Source of the DNA: Geotalea daltonii FRC-32
GTDB taxonomy: Bacteria > Desulfobacterota > Desulfuromonadia > Geobacterales > Geobacteraceae
Direction: 5' to 3'
Length of the DNA: 32,000 nucleotides
Assembly: GCF_000022265.1 (NCBI RefSeq)
Contig: NC_011979.1
Location: 2,670,001-2,702,000, forward strand
Position numbers and translations under genes: made by a program. Below the pieces are notes generated by a model. It was given only the letters and a program-made list of their open reading frames with translations. It was not told where the DNA came from and made no database searches. Positions 1 through 8,887 of the stretch are shown here, piece by piece (position 1 is the first letter of the stretch; every line of letters begins with the position of its first letter).

Positions 1-1113
1 ACTGTCGATTTCGATGTCCTGGGGAGGGAAGCCGCCCTCCAGGCCATGAGGGGGTCCAACATCGATCGGCCCGACATGGTCCAGAGCGCCTATGTGGGAA
101 ATGGCATGAACGACATGGTGACCGGGCAGACCGTCTTCAGGGGACTGGGGATGTGCGGTCCCAATCTGCCAATCATCAACGTGCAGAGCGCCTGCTCCGC
201 CGGGGCCATGGCCGTTTTCTGCGCCATCAAGGATGTGGCCACAGGGGTTACCGACCTCTCCATCGGCGTTGGTTGCGAAAACCACACCATGCACAGGCAG
301 AGCGGGGCAGCCTTCAGTGCGGCCCGGTCGGACATCGAGACCATGCACGGGGCGGTCATGACCGGCAAATACGCCATGCGGGCGACCCGGTACATGCATG
401 AGACCGGCGCCACCATCGAGGATCTGGCAATGATCACGGTGAAGAACCGCAAGCATGCCACCCACAACCCCCATGCCTGGTTCAAGGGGCCGATCACCAT
501 TGAAGAGGTGGTCAATTCCCGCATGGTTGCCTATCCCATGACCCTGCAGCAATGTTGCGGTATTGCCGACGGCGCTGCCGCGGTGGTGGTCGGTTCCAAG
601 GAGATGATGAAAAAACTGGGCATCGCCAAGCCGGTGCGGGTTGCCGGGGTGGTGGTGGAGTCGGGGCCGTACCATAACCGGCCGCGGGACATTACCGGCG
701 ATGACATCACCGAGACCACTTCCGAGAAACTCTATGAAGAGTCCGGAATCGGTCCTGATGAGGTGAATATCCTGGAGTTGCACGATGCCTTCACCATCTC
801 GGAACTGCTCTACTACGAGTGCATGGGGCTCTGCAAGAAGGGGGAAGGACTCAAGTTCCTGAGGGACGGCCAGTCCACCTACGGCGGCAAGTGCGTAGTC
901 AGCCCCCGCGGCGGAATGCTCTCCTACGGGCATCCCATCGGCGCCTCCGGTGCCGCTCAGGTTGCCCAGAACGTGAAACAGCTGCGCGGGGAGTGCGGGG
1001 GACACCAGGTCGGTCCGACCCCCAAGGTCGCCATGTCCCACGTCACCGGCGGAGGGCTTTCCGGCACCGAGCATGCGGCCTGCACAATGCACATGCTGGT
1101 CAAGGGCTGGTGA
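1..1113 (+). CDS. bbsB: Thiolase-fold protein, benzoylsuccinyl-CoA thiolase large subunit-like; 5' end cut by the window edge
   Basis: Frame 1 is open from nt 1 ([16 protein letters not shown]...), so track ORF 46..1113 starts at an internal Met. Thiolase hallmarks are present: NVQSACSAG (nucleophile Cys), [18 protein letters not shown]. It is followed by two SDR genes in bbsB-C-D order. Confidence 0.75.
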   Translation, partial: TVDFDVLGREAALQAMRGSNIDRPDMVQSAYVGNGMNDMVTGQTVFRGLGMCGPNLPIINVQSACSAGAMAVFCAIKDVATGVTDLSIGVGCENHTMHRQSGAAFSAARSDIETMHGAVMTGKYAMRATRYMHETGATIEDLAMITVKNRKHATHNPHAWFKGPITIEEVVNSRMVAYPMTLQQCCGIADGAAAVVVGSKEMMKKLGIAKPVRVAGVVVESGPYHNRPRDITGDDITETTSEKLYEESGIGPDEVNILELHDAFTISELLYYECMGLCKKGEGLKFLRDGQSTYGGKCVVSPRGGMLSYGHPIGASGAAQVAQNVKQLRGECGGHQVGPTPKVAMSHVTGGGLSGTEHAACTMHMLVKGW

Positions 1114-1153
1114 GACCGTAAGGACATCTTCAGGTATATCAAGGAGGCAGACC

Positions 1154-1900
1154 ATGAAGGATAGGATAGCAGTTATAGTTGGAGCAACTGACGACGTGGG
1201 GCGGGCGATCAGCACCCGGTTTGCCCGTAATGGGGCGCGCACGGTGCTGATCGACATCGACCGCCAACCATTGGCAGAGACTTTGCGCATGGTGGAGGAT
1301 GTGGGAGGCAGGGGTGAAATCATTGCCCTTGACCCCACCGATGCACAGGCCGTCAAGACGGCAGTGGCCAGTCTGGCCAATAGATACGAGGCCATCGATA
1401 TACTGGTCAACAATATCGACCGCAGAGATGCCTCATCGGTGGCCGCATGCACCATTGAGAACTGGGAGCGATCACTGAAGGACAATGTGGTGCCACTGGT
1501 TTCATTTTGTCTCAACATAATTCCGGTCATGAAAAAGAGAAACTACGGCCGTATCATCAACGTGGGCAGCCTTGATTACCTGGGCTTTGCCAACCAGTCC
1601 CCCTACAGCACATCCAAATCGGCCATCTTCGGGCTGACCCGCTCCTTCGCCTTGGAACTGGCCAAGGACGGCATTACCGTCAACCAGATCCTGAAGGGTG
1701 ATCTGAAAACAGCAGATAATCCGCTCTCTGCAGAGGCAGAGGAACAAAGCGCGAGCCGGTTGCCGGTGCAACGTCTGGGAAAACCGGAGGACATTGCCTA
1801 TGCCGCGGCATACTTCGCTTCCGGCCTGAGCAGCTATGTTACCGGACAGAACCTCATTGTCTGCGGCGGGAAGAGCATCTATTCGTCAATGTCCGCTTAG
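1154..1900 (+). CDS. bbsC: Short-chain dehydrogenase/reductase, BbsC-like subunit of 2-[hydroxy(phenyl)methyl]succinyl-CoA dehydrogenase
   Basis: ATG 1154 follows AAGGAGG at 1141-1147. The track start at 1073 is an upstream extension overlapping bbsB. SDR fold with YSTSK, but the dinucleotide-binding motif is degenerate (VGATDDVG instead of TGxxxGxG). Confidence 0.75.
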   Translation: MKDRIAVIVGATDDVGRAISTRFARNGARTVLIDIDRQPLAETLRMVEDVGGRGEIIALDPTDAQAVKTAVASLANRYEAIDILVNNIDRRDASSVAACTIENWERSLKDNVVPLVSFCLNIIPVMKKRNYGRIINVGSLDYLGFANQSPYSTSKSAIFGLTRSFALELAKDGITVNQILKGDLKTADNPLSAEAEEQSASRLPVQRLGKPEDIAYAAAYFASGLSSYVTGQNLIVCGGKSIYSSMSA

Positions 1901-1925
1901 GCGGTAGAGATAGGGGAGGAACATC

Positions 1926-2675
1926 ATGGCAGGTTTACAAGACAAAGTGGCATTGATAACCGGATCGGCAAGCGGCATGGGGAAGAAGACAGCCCAGCGG
2001 CTTGCGGAAAAAGGGGTGAAGATCGTTATCAACGATATTGTACCCGAAAAGGTTGAACAGACGGTTCAGGAGTTCAAGGCGCAGGGGTTCCAGGTGATGG
2101 GAAAGGTTGCCGACATCTGCAATGCCTCTGCCGTTAACGAGATGGTGAAGGATGCGGTGGAGCAATTTGGCTCGCTGGACATCCTGGTGAACAACGCTGG
2201 CATGGAGAAGGCCGGTGCGCTGCGAAACTTAAGCGAGAAGGACTGGGATCTGACGGTGAACGTCAACCTCAAGGGTGCCTTCCTCTGCAGCCAGGCGGTG
2301 CATGGCTACATGATCGAAAAAGGGGGGGGACGGATCGTCAATATCGCTTCCAGAGCATGGCTGGGAGGTGCCGGGCAGGCCCCTTACGCGTCTGCCAAGG
2401 CCGGTCTGGTTGGGCTTACCAGGACCCTGGCACTGGAACTCGGTAGAAAAGGGGTTACGGTGAACTGCATCGCCCCAGGGCTCATCCATACCCCCATGTG
2501 GGACGAGCTGCCGGAAAAAAACCGGGCCGGTTTTCTCGCCAAACAACCCATGGGGAAGATCGGCGCGGATGACGACATCGCCAATGCCATCCTTTTTTTC
2601 CTGGATGACGATGCCTCCTTCATTACCGGCCAGGTCTTCTATGTGTGTGGCGGCAGAAGTCTTTTCGCAGGCTAG
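1926..2675 (+). CDS. bbsD: Short-chain dehydrogenase/reductase, BbsD-like catalytic subunit
   Basis: Classical SDR motifs TGSASGMG, NNAG and S...YASAK. GGGGAGGA RBS lies upstream. It directly follows bbsC. Confidence 0.8.
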   Translation: MAGLQDKVALITGSASGMGKKTAQRLAEKGVKIVINDIVPEKVEQTVQEFKAQGFQVMGKVADICNASAVNEMVKDAVEQFGSLDILVNNAGMEKAGALRNLSEKDWDLTVNVNLKGAFLCSQAVHGYMIEKGGGRIVNIASRAWLGGAGQAPYASAKAGLVGLTRTLALELGRKGVTVNCIAPGLIHTPMWDELPEKNRAGFLAKQPMGKIGADDDIANAILFFLDDDASFITGQVFYVCGGRSLFAG

Positions 2676-2790
2676 TTTGTCCGGGTAACCCGGTGAAAAG
2701 CCTCTTGTAGCACCTTCGGCCGAGTCGCATCCTGAACTGTTGGCAACAGGGTTTCACAATCGCCTCAGGCGAGGAAAGGACTGGTCAGAC

Positions 2791-2940
2791 ATGAACACAG
2801 AAAAATTTAAGAGTGACAGGTTTGATTACACTTGCAACGACGAACTTTTCCCCACGGAAATAACCTTCTCCGGTGGCTTCAGGGTTCGTCTGGGATGTTC
2901 GGAAGACGGTCAGGCCTACCTGAAGGTGGAGCCTGAGTGA
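2791..2940 (+). CDS. Small hypothetical protein (49 aa)
   Basis: ATG 2791 (MNTEKFKSDRFDY...) with a purine-rich stretch GAGGAAAGGA about 10 nt upstream. The track version starts at a TTG at 2740. No recognisable motif. Confidence 0.3.
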   Translation: MNTEKFKSDRFDYTCNDELFPTEITFSGGFRVRLGCSEDGQAYLKVEPE

Positions 2941-3018
2941 GAGATGCTCCGCCGATGGCGGGGCAACCCGCGCGACAGTAAGGGAAGCAGAATGAACTGT
3001 TTCAAAGGAGGAACAGCC

Positions 3019-3444
3019 ATGATTTCACCAGGACTTTTACGGCCTTATCGTTTCTTCACCTCACTGACGGACGAACAAATCAACGACATCGCAGCGATTG
3101 GGGAAGAGAAATCCTTTTCCGCGGACAGCGTCTTATTCAGGGAAAGCACCCCTGCCGATAACCTGATGCTCCTCTTGGAAGGGGCAGTTGATCTGTTCTA
3201 CAGCAATGGAGGAGCAGGAGCCGCTGCTAATTCCACGGTCTGTTCCATCGCCCCCGGGGCAATCTTCGGCGTTTCGTCGTTGATAAAACCATACCAGTAC
3301 ACCGCTTCTGCACGGGCAACCAAGCCGGTCAGGGTCGTGGATATCAACGGTGCGCGGCTGCGGGCAATGTCGGAAAACAACCCAACGCTGGGGCACGTGC
3401 TGATAAGCAACGTCGCGGCAGCGGTACTCGCCCGCTTGCGCTGA
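3019..3444 (+). CDS. Stand-alone cyclic-nucleotide-binding domain protein (141 aa, no DNA-binding domain)
   Basis: ATG 3019 is preceded by AAAGGAGGAA. It shows a cNMP-binding beta-barrel pattern (FSADSVLFRESTPADNLMLLLEGAVDLF...IFGVSSL). The track start at 2944 has no RBS. Confidence 0.6.
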   Translation: MISPGLLRPYRFFTSLTDEQINDIAAIGEEKSFSADSVLFRESTPADNLMLLLEGAVDLFYSNGGAGAAANSTVCSIAPGAIFGVSSLIKPYQYTASARATKPVRVVDINGARLRAMSENNPTLGHVLISNVAAAVLARLR

Positions 3445-3475
3445 TCATGACGACCCGAACCCAAATGGAGATCAA

Positions 3476-3535
3476 AGGCAGGTGATATGCCGCAGATTGC
3501 CGACAAATTAGCAATCTGCGGTAATTCACCTGCCT
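3476..3535. repeat. Interrupted inverted repeat (10 bp + 11 bp arms, 4x4 internal loop, 10-nt apical loop) between convergent genes; possible bidirectional terminator
   Basis: aggcaggtga-tatg-ccgcagattgc-cgacaaatta-gcaatctgcgg-taat-tcacctgcct. Both arm pairs are perfect reverse complements. No clear U-tract. The right arm overlaps the stop codon of the minus-strand flavoprotein gene. Confidence 0.4.
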
Positions 3536-4956
3536 GCCGCATTCACCCCGGCAATCCTGCCAAAGGCCAGACATTCCGCAATATTGCCTCCACCCTGATA
3601 GATCAATCCCCAGAGGGAGCCCAGTTCACCGGCTCCATACAATCCAGGTATCGGTTGACCGAAAGGATCGACGATCTCTGCCCGTTCATTGCGCCGTGGC
3701 CCCCCCTGGGTGTTGATCAGGGAGGGATGAATTTCCACGGCATAATATGGTCCGGTATCTATCATGGCCAGACCGGTCTCTGTAGGCATCTGGCGACCGA
3801 AGAGCCCATCCTTCCCGGCTATGACCGATGAATTCCACTGCTCGATGGTGTCACTCAGATTCAGGCTGGGAATACCCAGTTTGTCGGCCAGCTCAACCAC
3901 GGTTTCGGCTCGCAAAATCCAGCCCTTGTCGATCTCTTTGCGATTGTCTTTGCTCCAGGCGTAGCGAGTGCCGGCATGACCGAGACCAGCCGAGCGGGAC
4001 AAAGGCTCCCGCCGGCGTGTTTTTTCGTCGAAGACAAGGTAAAAAGGGATCCGTGGATAGGCGAGGAGGTGGCTGTCGAAGTAATCCACCGCCAGTAATG
4101 CGGCGTGTCGTTCGACGGTGCTTTCGTTGATGAACCGTTTACCCCGCCTGTCGACGAAGATCTGGCCGGTGTTGCCGATGGACATCAATAGCGCCGGATC
4201 AAACTCGGGAACCTTAAGACCGAAGGCGCAGGAGACGCCATTCATGTGCCACAGGGCTGCGCCGACCTTTTGCGCCATGCGCACCCCGTCTCCCCGGTTG
4301 CCGGGATGCCCGAGGGAATAGACGGGACTTCCCTTGATGCTGTTTTTGAGGATGAGCGGATCGAACTCATATCCCCCGCTCGCAAGGATGACGCCACGTC
4401 TGGCTTCAATGGCGATCTCGCCGGTTCCGGACTGGGCAATGACACCGATGACCTCACCGTTACTGCCGGTTACCAGGCATTTCGCCGGAGTCCGGGTCAG
4501 GACCGGGATCTTCCTCCGGTGTTCGACGGCATGGGAGAGGAGTTGCCACAGGTTTTGGGCAAAGGCCGTTGTCCCTTTGTTTGTGCCCTTAACCACGTAT
4601 CTTTTAACGGCCTCGGCGCCGGGAAGCTGGGGATAGCCGGCGCCGCCATAGGCCTGGAACTGAACCTCCGGGTGCAGAGTTTTCAGCCAATCCCTGGTCT
4701 TTGCCGTTTCCTCGACGAAAACATCCAGCAGTCGGTCATCCCGCTCCGAATGGGAATAATCGAAAAGCGCCGTAAAATATTCCAGCGCTTTCTTCGGGTC
4801 GTCATGGCTGACGAACCCGCCAAAGGAGACCAGGGTATTCCCTCCCCCCCGTTCTGTGCTTTCGAGAACCAGTGTGGCGGCGCCGGCATCGTGGGCGGCA
4901 ATGGCAGCCGTTGCTCCGGCGCCGCCATAACCTATGACGATGACATCGGTTGTCAT
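3526..4956 (-). CDS. FAD-binding oxidoreductase, fumarate reductase/succinate dehydrogenase/KstD-type flavoprotein family (FAD_binding_2)
   Basis: N-terminus MTTDVIVIGYGGAGATAAIAAHDAGAATLVLESTERGGGNT. C-terminus PIPGLYGAGELG...GGGNIAECLAFGRIAG. I prefer ATG 4956 over the track start at 4980, which lies inside the upstream gene and lacks an RBS. It is the last gene of bss operon 1. Confidence 0.7.
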   Translation of the reverse strand: MTTDVIVIGYGGAGATAAIAAHDAGAATLVLESTERGGGNTLVSFGGFVSHDDPKKALEYFTALFDYSHSERDDRLLDVFVEETAKTRDWLKTLHPEVQFQAYGGAGYPQLPGAEAVKRYVVKGTNKGTTAFAQNLWQLLSHAVEHRRKIPVLTRTPAKCLVTGSNGEVIGVIAQSGTGEIAIEARRGVILASGGYEFDPLILKNSIKGSPVYSLGHPGNRGDGVRMAQKVGAALWHMNGVSCAFGLKVPEFDPALLMSIGNTGQIFVDRRGKRFINESTVERHAALLAVDYFDSHLLAYPRIPFYLVFDEKTRRREPLSRSAGLGHAGTRYAWSKDNRKEIDKGWILRAETVVELADKLGIPSLNLSDTIEQWNSSVIAGKDGLFGRQMPTETGLAMIDTGPYYAVEIHPSLINTQGGPRRNERAEIVDPFGQPIPGLYGAGELGSLWGLIYQGGGNIAECLAFGRIAGVNAAGR

Positions 4957-4969
4957 GTCCCAGGCAGCA

Positions 4970-5902
4970 TTAGAAGGCATAGGAGAACTTGAACTGGGTT
5001 TGTGGCCCGGTGGCTATGTTCCTGGCGCCGTACTCCCAGTACTGTTTGAAGGTCATGGTGAAGGGGCCCTGTTTCGGCCAGTATTTGATGCCCAGGCCGA
5101 TGCCCCCCAGCCGACTCAGGGAATCTTTCACCGTGGCGCCGCCCACCTCATCATCGGTGGTCTGCCAGTAGTTATAGCCCACGACTCCGCCGCTCAGTCC
5201 GTTCTTAAGGCCATAGCCAAGAGCCCAGTCAAAATGGAATTCCTGTCCGGGTCTGGTATCGGTATCGCTGTTCTTCGTGTTGAAATCGTACATGAATTTG
5301 GCGGAAACATCGAAACCCTCTTTCAGGTAGGACACGGCCAGAACCGGCTCAAAGGTCCAATGGTTTTTTGAGAGGATCTGCGTGGCAGGGTTCTTTGCAT
5401 CGTAGTTGCCGGTGGGTGCCCAGGTATCCAGGGCAAGGACGGCATGAAGCTCCGGACTGAAGTGCCAGCCAAAGACCAGCGGGCTGAAGATGATGTCGCC
5501 GACCCCCTTGTCGTTGACATCGAAATTAAGAGGAGGAATGGCCGTGGAGGAGGCGGTTACATCGGCGCTGTAAAAGGGGACGAATATCTGGGCAGCCCAG
5601 TTGGCTCCCAATACTTTCAGCGGGCTGACGTAAACCAGTCTCGGCACCTCGGCAAAGACGCTGGCGTTGAAGTCCGCTGGAAGGCCATTGCCGGAGTTGT
5701 CCCGCAGGGAATTCTTCTGGGCCAGGATCATGTAGTTCACCAGATAGGTCCCGGGAGGGGGGAGTGCCCCCACGGCAAAGTCTTCGACACCGTTGGGATA
5801 GTGCTGTGCGCCGCCGGCCCAGCTCTGGGCGGCTGTTAAGGTGAAAAATGCGGTGGCGATAAAAAGAGTGCGAACAAAAGCACTAGACAAAGTCTTTTTC
5901 AT
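4970..5902 (-). CDS. Outer-membrane beta-barrel protein, MetA-pathway-of-phenol-degradation-like transporter family
   Basis: Signal peptide MKKTLSSAFVRTLFIATAFFTLTAAQSWA. Family-typical HYPNGVEDFAVGALPPPGTYLVNY. Alternating beta-strand pattern with C-terminal ...FKFSYAF. AAGGAG RBS. Confidence 0.65.
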   Translation of the reverse strand: MKKTLSSAFVRTLFIATAFFTLTAAQSWAGGAQHYPNGVEDFAVGALPPPGTYLVNYMILAQKNSLRDNSGNGLPADFNASVFAEVPRLVYVSPLKVLGANWAAQIFVPFYSADVTASSTAIPPLNFDVNDKGVGDIIFSPLVFGWHFSPELHAVLALDTWAPTGNYDAKNPATQILSKNHWTFEPVLAVSYLKEGFDVSAKFMYDFNTKNSDTDTRPGQEFHFDWALGYGLKNGLSGGVVGYNYWQTTDDEVGGATVKDSLSRLGGIGLGIKYWPKQGPFTMTFKQYWEYGARNIATGPQTQFKFSYAF

Positions 5903-5934
5903 TAGGGCTCCTTTTGCTGTCTGCTGCTTAATGG

Positions 5935-7644
5935 CTAATGGTATTTTGTTGAGGAAAGAAGCTGTTTGAACACTGTCGGAAGCTGATCCACATCGTTGAC
6001 GAACTGGATCATCTCACCATGTTCTTCTGCCAGGGCGGTTTTGTTCATGGGGTCGCATTCGAGGCCAATGGTCAGCAGGCGTACGTTCCTGGCCTTGCAG
6101 TAGCGGATTGCGTCGGACACCCCGCAGCCCCAATTTGCGGCGCCATCGGTCAGATGAATGATGAAGGGCTTGCGGCTGCTTTGCTTGAGATTCAGAGCTG
6201 TGGCTATTATTGCTTCACCCGATGCGGTTCTTCCGTGGGGCATCACCGAATAGAACTGCCCGTTCTTGTAGATCTCGGTGATGCGGCAGGTATCGTTTCT
6301 TTCGTTGTAGGCGAATATTCTGGCGTTACGGTTGTAGGCATGGAGGGCCATAAAAAGCGTCTGGTAAATGACCTCAGTTTTTGTCCATTTGTTGGGTTCG
6401 GCCATGGAACCGGTGCAGTCCACCAGGAGAACGATGTCGTTATGCAGCTGGTAATTGGTCTTCTTGAAGTTGAATATGGCTCCGGATGTGGGCGCCCTGT
6501 ATAAGCGGGTACGATCGATCTTGCCTGAGGGAAGGCCTCTGTTGTAGGCGATGTTTCTCTGAGCAACCAGCTGGAGAACCGTTTTCAGCTTGTAAAAGAG
6601 GGCATTGTCGATGTTTTTGTTTGCCGGCATGACGATATCGTTCCCCTCCACACGAACCACGTCGCCGAAATTAGCCACGACCGATTTCACCTGTTCCGTA
6701 AAGTCCACATGCTTTCTTTCCAGCTTGCTTTCGATCTCTTCCGCATAGCTGAGCAGCGTTGCCTTGACTCCGTCTTTCTCCTCATCCTCTTTTTCCATAT
6801 CTTCATTGAAATCGGCCGAGAGCAGAAAGGGATCTTTCCGGTCGGTGGGCCAGAATTTGATCATCTCCAGCAATTGGTTGAAAATGGAGGCATAGAGATT
6901 CAAACGGTACTCGCAGCGTTCCGTCACGCTGGGAAGTGCGGGGCAGGTGGTCATCAGCTCCTCGACGATGCCGTTGAGGAGCTCCATGGGCTTTGCATAG
7001 AATTGACCGGCGGTGGTTTTGCCCACCATCCCCACTACCGAGCGGTCTTCGTATGGATGCCTGAATGCTTCCCCTGGAGCGGTGGCTACTCTCCACCATA
7101 TGTGCAGCAGTTCGGTGAAGGAGGGGGGATTGATGAAATGCCTGGCCGCCTTCGCGGTCTCCCATTCACGGGCCTTTTGCGTGTAGAGGCCGAATACATT
7201 CCTGTTGGCTATGAGATCCGCGTATACCTTCTCGGCGATTTGCAGGAAATGGGCGAACTTGTAGGCATAAATGGGGGCGAGGACGAATTTTGAGTTGGCC
7301 AGCTTATGCACATGGTCAGTCCATTCCCTCTTGAGGAAGGCTCCCCTGACGGCAAGCCCGATGGCAACGTCGGCCTGCGTGGCGGGGATCGGATAGCGCC
7401 CCATTATCGGCGACGGATCCAGCGCAATACTGTCGGTCTGACCGGCCATCCCTTCCCAGACGACGGTGCCGATGTTTCTGCCGATCATCACGACCATTTT
7501 TCTGATGCCACGCAGAAGTTTTGCCAGCTCAACGATCTCAACCGGCGATTTATCTCTGCGCCAGTATTCGGAATGACCCGCCTCCGCGGCAATCATGAAG
7601 CGCGACCGGGCCTTGTTTTCTCCGTGGGCAGGTTCCGGGATCAT
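5935..7644 (-). CDS. bssF: BssF-like protein with a C-terminal von Willebrand factor A (VWA) domain
   Basis: Positioned directly after bssE (stop TGA 7647-7649). ATG 7644 sits 5 nt after GAGAGG; an alternative GTG at 7650 overlaps the stop. C-terminal VLLVDCTGSM...GRTASGEA...HLTDGAAN resembles a MIDAS-type VWA fold. Confidence 0.7.
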   Translation of the reverse strand: MIPEPAHGENKARSRFMIAAEAGHSEYWRRDKSPVEIVELAKLLRGIRKMVVMIGRNIGTVVWEGMAGQTDSIALDPSPIMGRYPIPATQADVAIGLAVRGAFLKREWTDHVHKLANSKFVLAPIYAYKFAHFLQIAEKVYADLIANRNVFGLYTQKAREWETAKAARHFINPPSFTELLHIWWRVATAPGEAFRHPYEDRSVVGMVGKTTAGQFYAKPMELLNGIVEELMTTCPALPSVTERCEYRLNLYASIFNQLLEMIKFWPTDRKDPFLLSADFNEDMEKEDEEKDGVKATLLSYAEEIESKLERKHVDFTEQVKSVVANFGDVVRVEGNDIVMPANKNIDNALFYKLKTVLQLVAQRNIAYNRGLPSGKIDRTRLYRAPTSGAIFNFKKTNYQLHNDIVLLVDCTGSMAEPNKWTKTEVIYQTLFMALHAYNRNARIFAYNERNDTCRITEIYKNGQFYSVMPHGRTASGEAIIATALNLKQSSRKPFIIHLTDGAANWGCGVSDAIRYCKARNVRLLTIGLECDPMNKTALAEEHGEMIQFVNDVDQLPTVFKQLLSSTKYH

Positions 7645-7646
7645 GA

Positions 7647-8525
7647 TCACCTCTCTTTGTTTCGCTGCCAGCTGTGATCGAAGAGGATATATTCGTTACT
7701 GACCGTCTCGGTATGGCCCCTTCTCACGTGCAGACCGATCAGGGCCGACTCCAGGGCTTCCTGGCTCGTCTGTAGACTAACCGCCAAGGCCTGCCTGAAG
7801 CTTGCCCCCACAGCCATCATATCGCCGATCATCAGGGCCGTTCTTGTGGATACATCGACCCTCATCTCCGGGTTTCCCCGCATGAAATTGAGGGCGGCCA
7901 TGATGTCGTCGGCCTGGGGGGCGGTAATGCCGGTTTTCTTGATCAACACCTCTTTTTCCACCTCGTTGGGGAGATAATCCATGAGCAGAAAGTAGAATCG
8001 GTCCCGAAGTGCGGCATCCAGGAGCTCGGTGCCGACGAAGTCTTCACCCTCGTTGAGAGTGGCAAAGAAGACCACCCCGTCTGCCACTTTCAGATGCCCC
8101 AACTCTTCCAACCAGACATCGCGGCTGTCAGAGAGGAGAGAAAAGAGCATGTTGAGTGCCTTGGGATGCTCCGGCCTGTTGATCTCCTCCAGGTGAATGA
8201 CGCTGTTGGGGGTCTGGATCGCTTCGGGGAAGAGAAACTGCTTGTACTTGGTTTCTCCTGCCTCCAGGGCGTACTCGCCGAACAACTGGCTCGGCTCCGA
8301 AAGGATGCCGACCTGGAATGTGGACAGGGGCCGTTGGTAGATGGCGGCATATTGCCGGACCAGGGATGACTTCCCGCATCCTTGCCGTCCTGAAATGAGG
8401 ACGTTGACCGGTTTTTTCCGGGAGAGGAGGTGAATCTTCTCGAAGATGTCGGCCAGATCCCTGCTCACGTAAAAATAGGGATCAAGCTGGGGCACCGATA
8501 GGTTTTCGTGTTTGCTGGCTGACAT
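7647..8525 (-). CDS. bssE: MoxR/NorQ/CbbQ-class AAA+ ATPase (putative BSS chaperone)
   Basis: Walker A SGRQGCGKSS. MoxR-type Walker B region VIHLEEINRP. Located downstream of bssB as in described bss operons. Confidence 0.8.
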   Translation of the reverse strand: MSASKHENLSVPQLDPYFYVSRDLADIFEKIHLLSRKKPVNVLISGRQGCGKSSLVRQYAAIYQRPLSTFQVGILSEPSQLFGEYALEAGETKYKQFLFPEAIQTPNSVIHLEEINRPEHPKALNMLFSLLSDSRDVWLEELGHLKVADGVVFFATLNEGEDFVGTELLDAALRDRFYFLLMDYLPNEVEKEVLIKKTGITAPQADDIMAALNFMRGNPEMRVDVSTRTALMIGDMMAVGASFRQALAVSLQTSQEALESALIGLHVRRGHTETVSNEYILFDHSWQRNKER

Positions 8526-8634
8526 TGGTATTCCCCTATCACTGGGGGCAGAAAGGCAAGCCCGCTGTACAATGCGCAGCCCCCTCTCCGCCCCCTCATG
8601 GAAATTTAAAATCTGACTGCAGGCGGATCGTGTC

Positions 8635-8865
8635 TCACACGTGCTCTCTGAAGCTGAGTTTACCCTCCTCGTGCCGGGAGCAGGTCACGTTGTAGACGTC
8701 GCTGACCCATCTCTTCCACACCCCACCCATCTGGGTGCGGTTTACCGTGCATTGCCCGCGGAGCGGATTGGTAGGGTCGGCAATCTGCCACTTGCATTTG
8801 ATGCATGGTTTGCCGGTTCCTTTTTTCTCGTGCATCATGTTTTCATTTTGAGCTGTTGCTGTCAT
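8635..8865 (-). CDS. bssB: Benzylsuccinate synthase beta subunit (small FeS subunit), copy 1
   Basis: 76 aa: KPCIKCKWQIADPTNPLRGQCTVNR..GGVWKRW....CSRHEEGKLSFREHV, the four-Cys pattern characteristic of BssB/TutG. AGGAGA RBS. Confidence 0.9.
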   Translation of the reverse strand: MTATAQNENMMHEKKGTGKPCIKCKWQIADPTNPLRGQCTVNRTQMGGVWKRWVSDVYNVTCSRHEEGKLSFREHV

Positions 8866-8887
8866 GTGTCTCTCCTGTTCTGTTATT

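Noticed and set aside
3487-4992. Plus-strand track ORFs opposite the flavoprotein gene (for example 3487-3831, 3828-4130, 4246-4992).
   Set aside because: They have no RBS or motifs, and their Arg/Pro/Ser-rich composition is typical of an off-frame reading of a GC-rich gene. The minus-strand frame has an unambiguous FAD-binding fingerprint.
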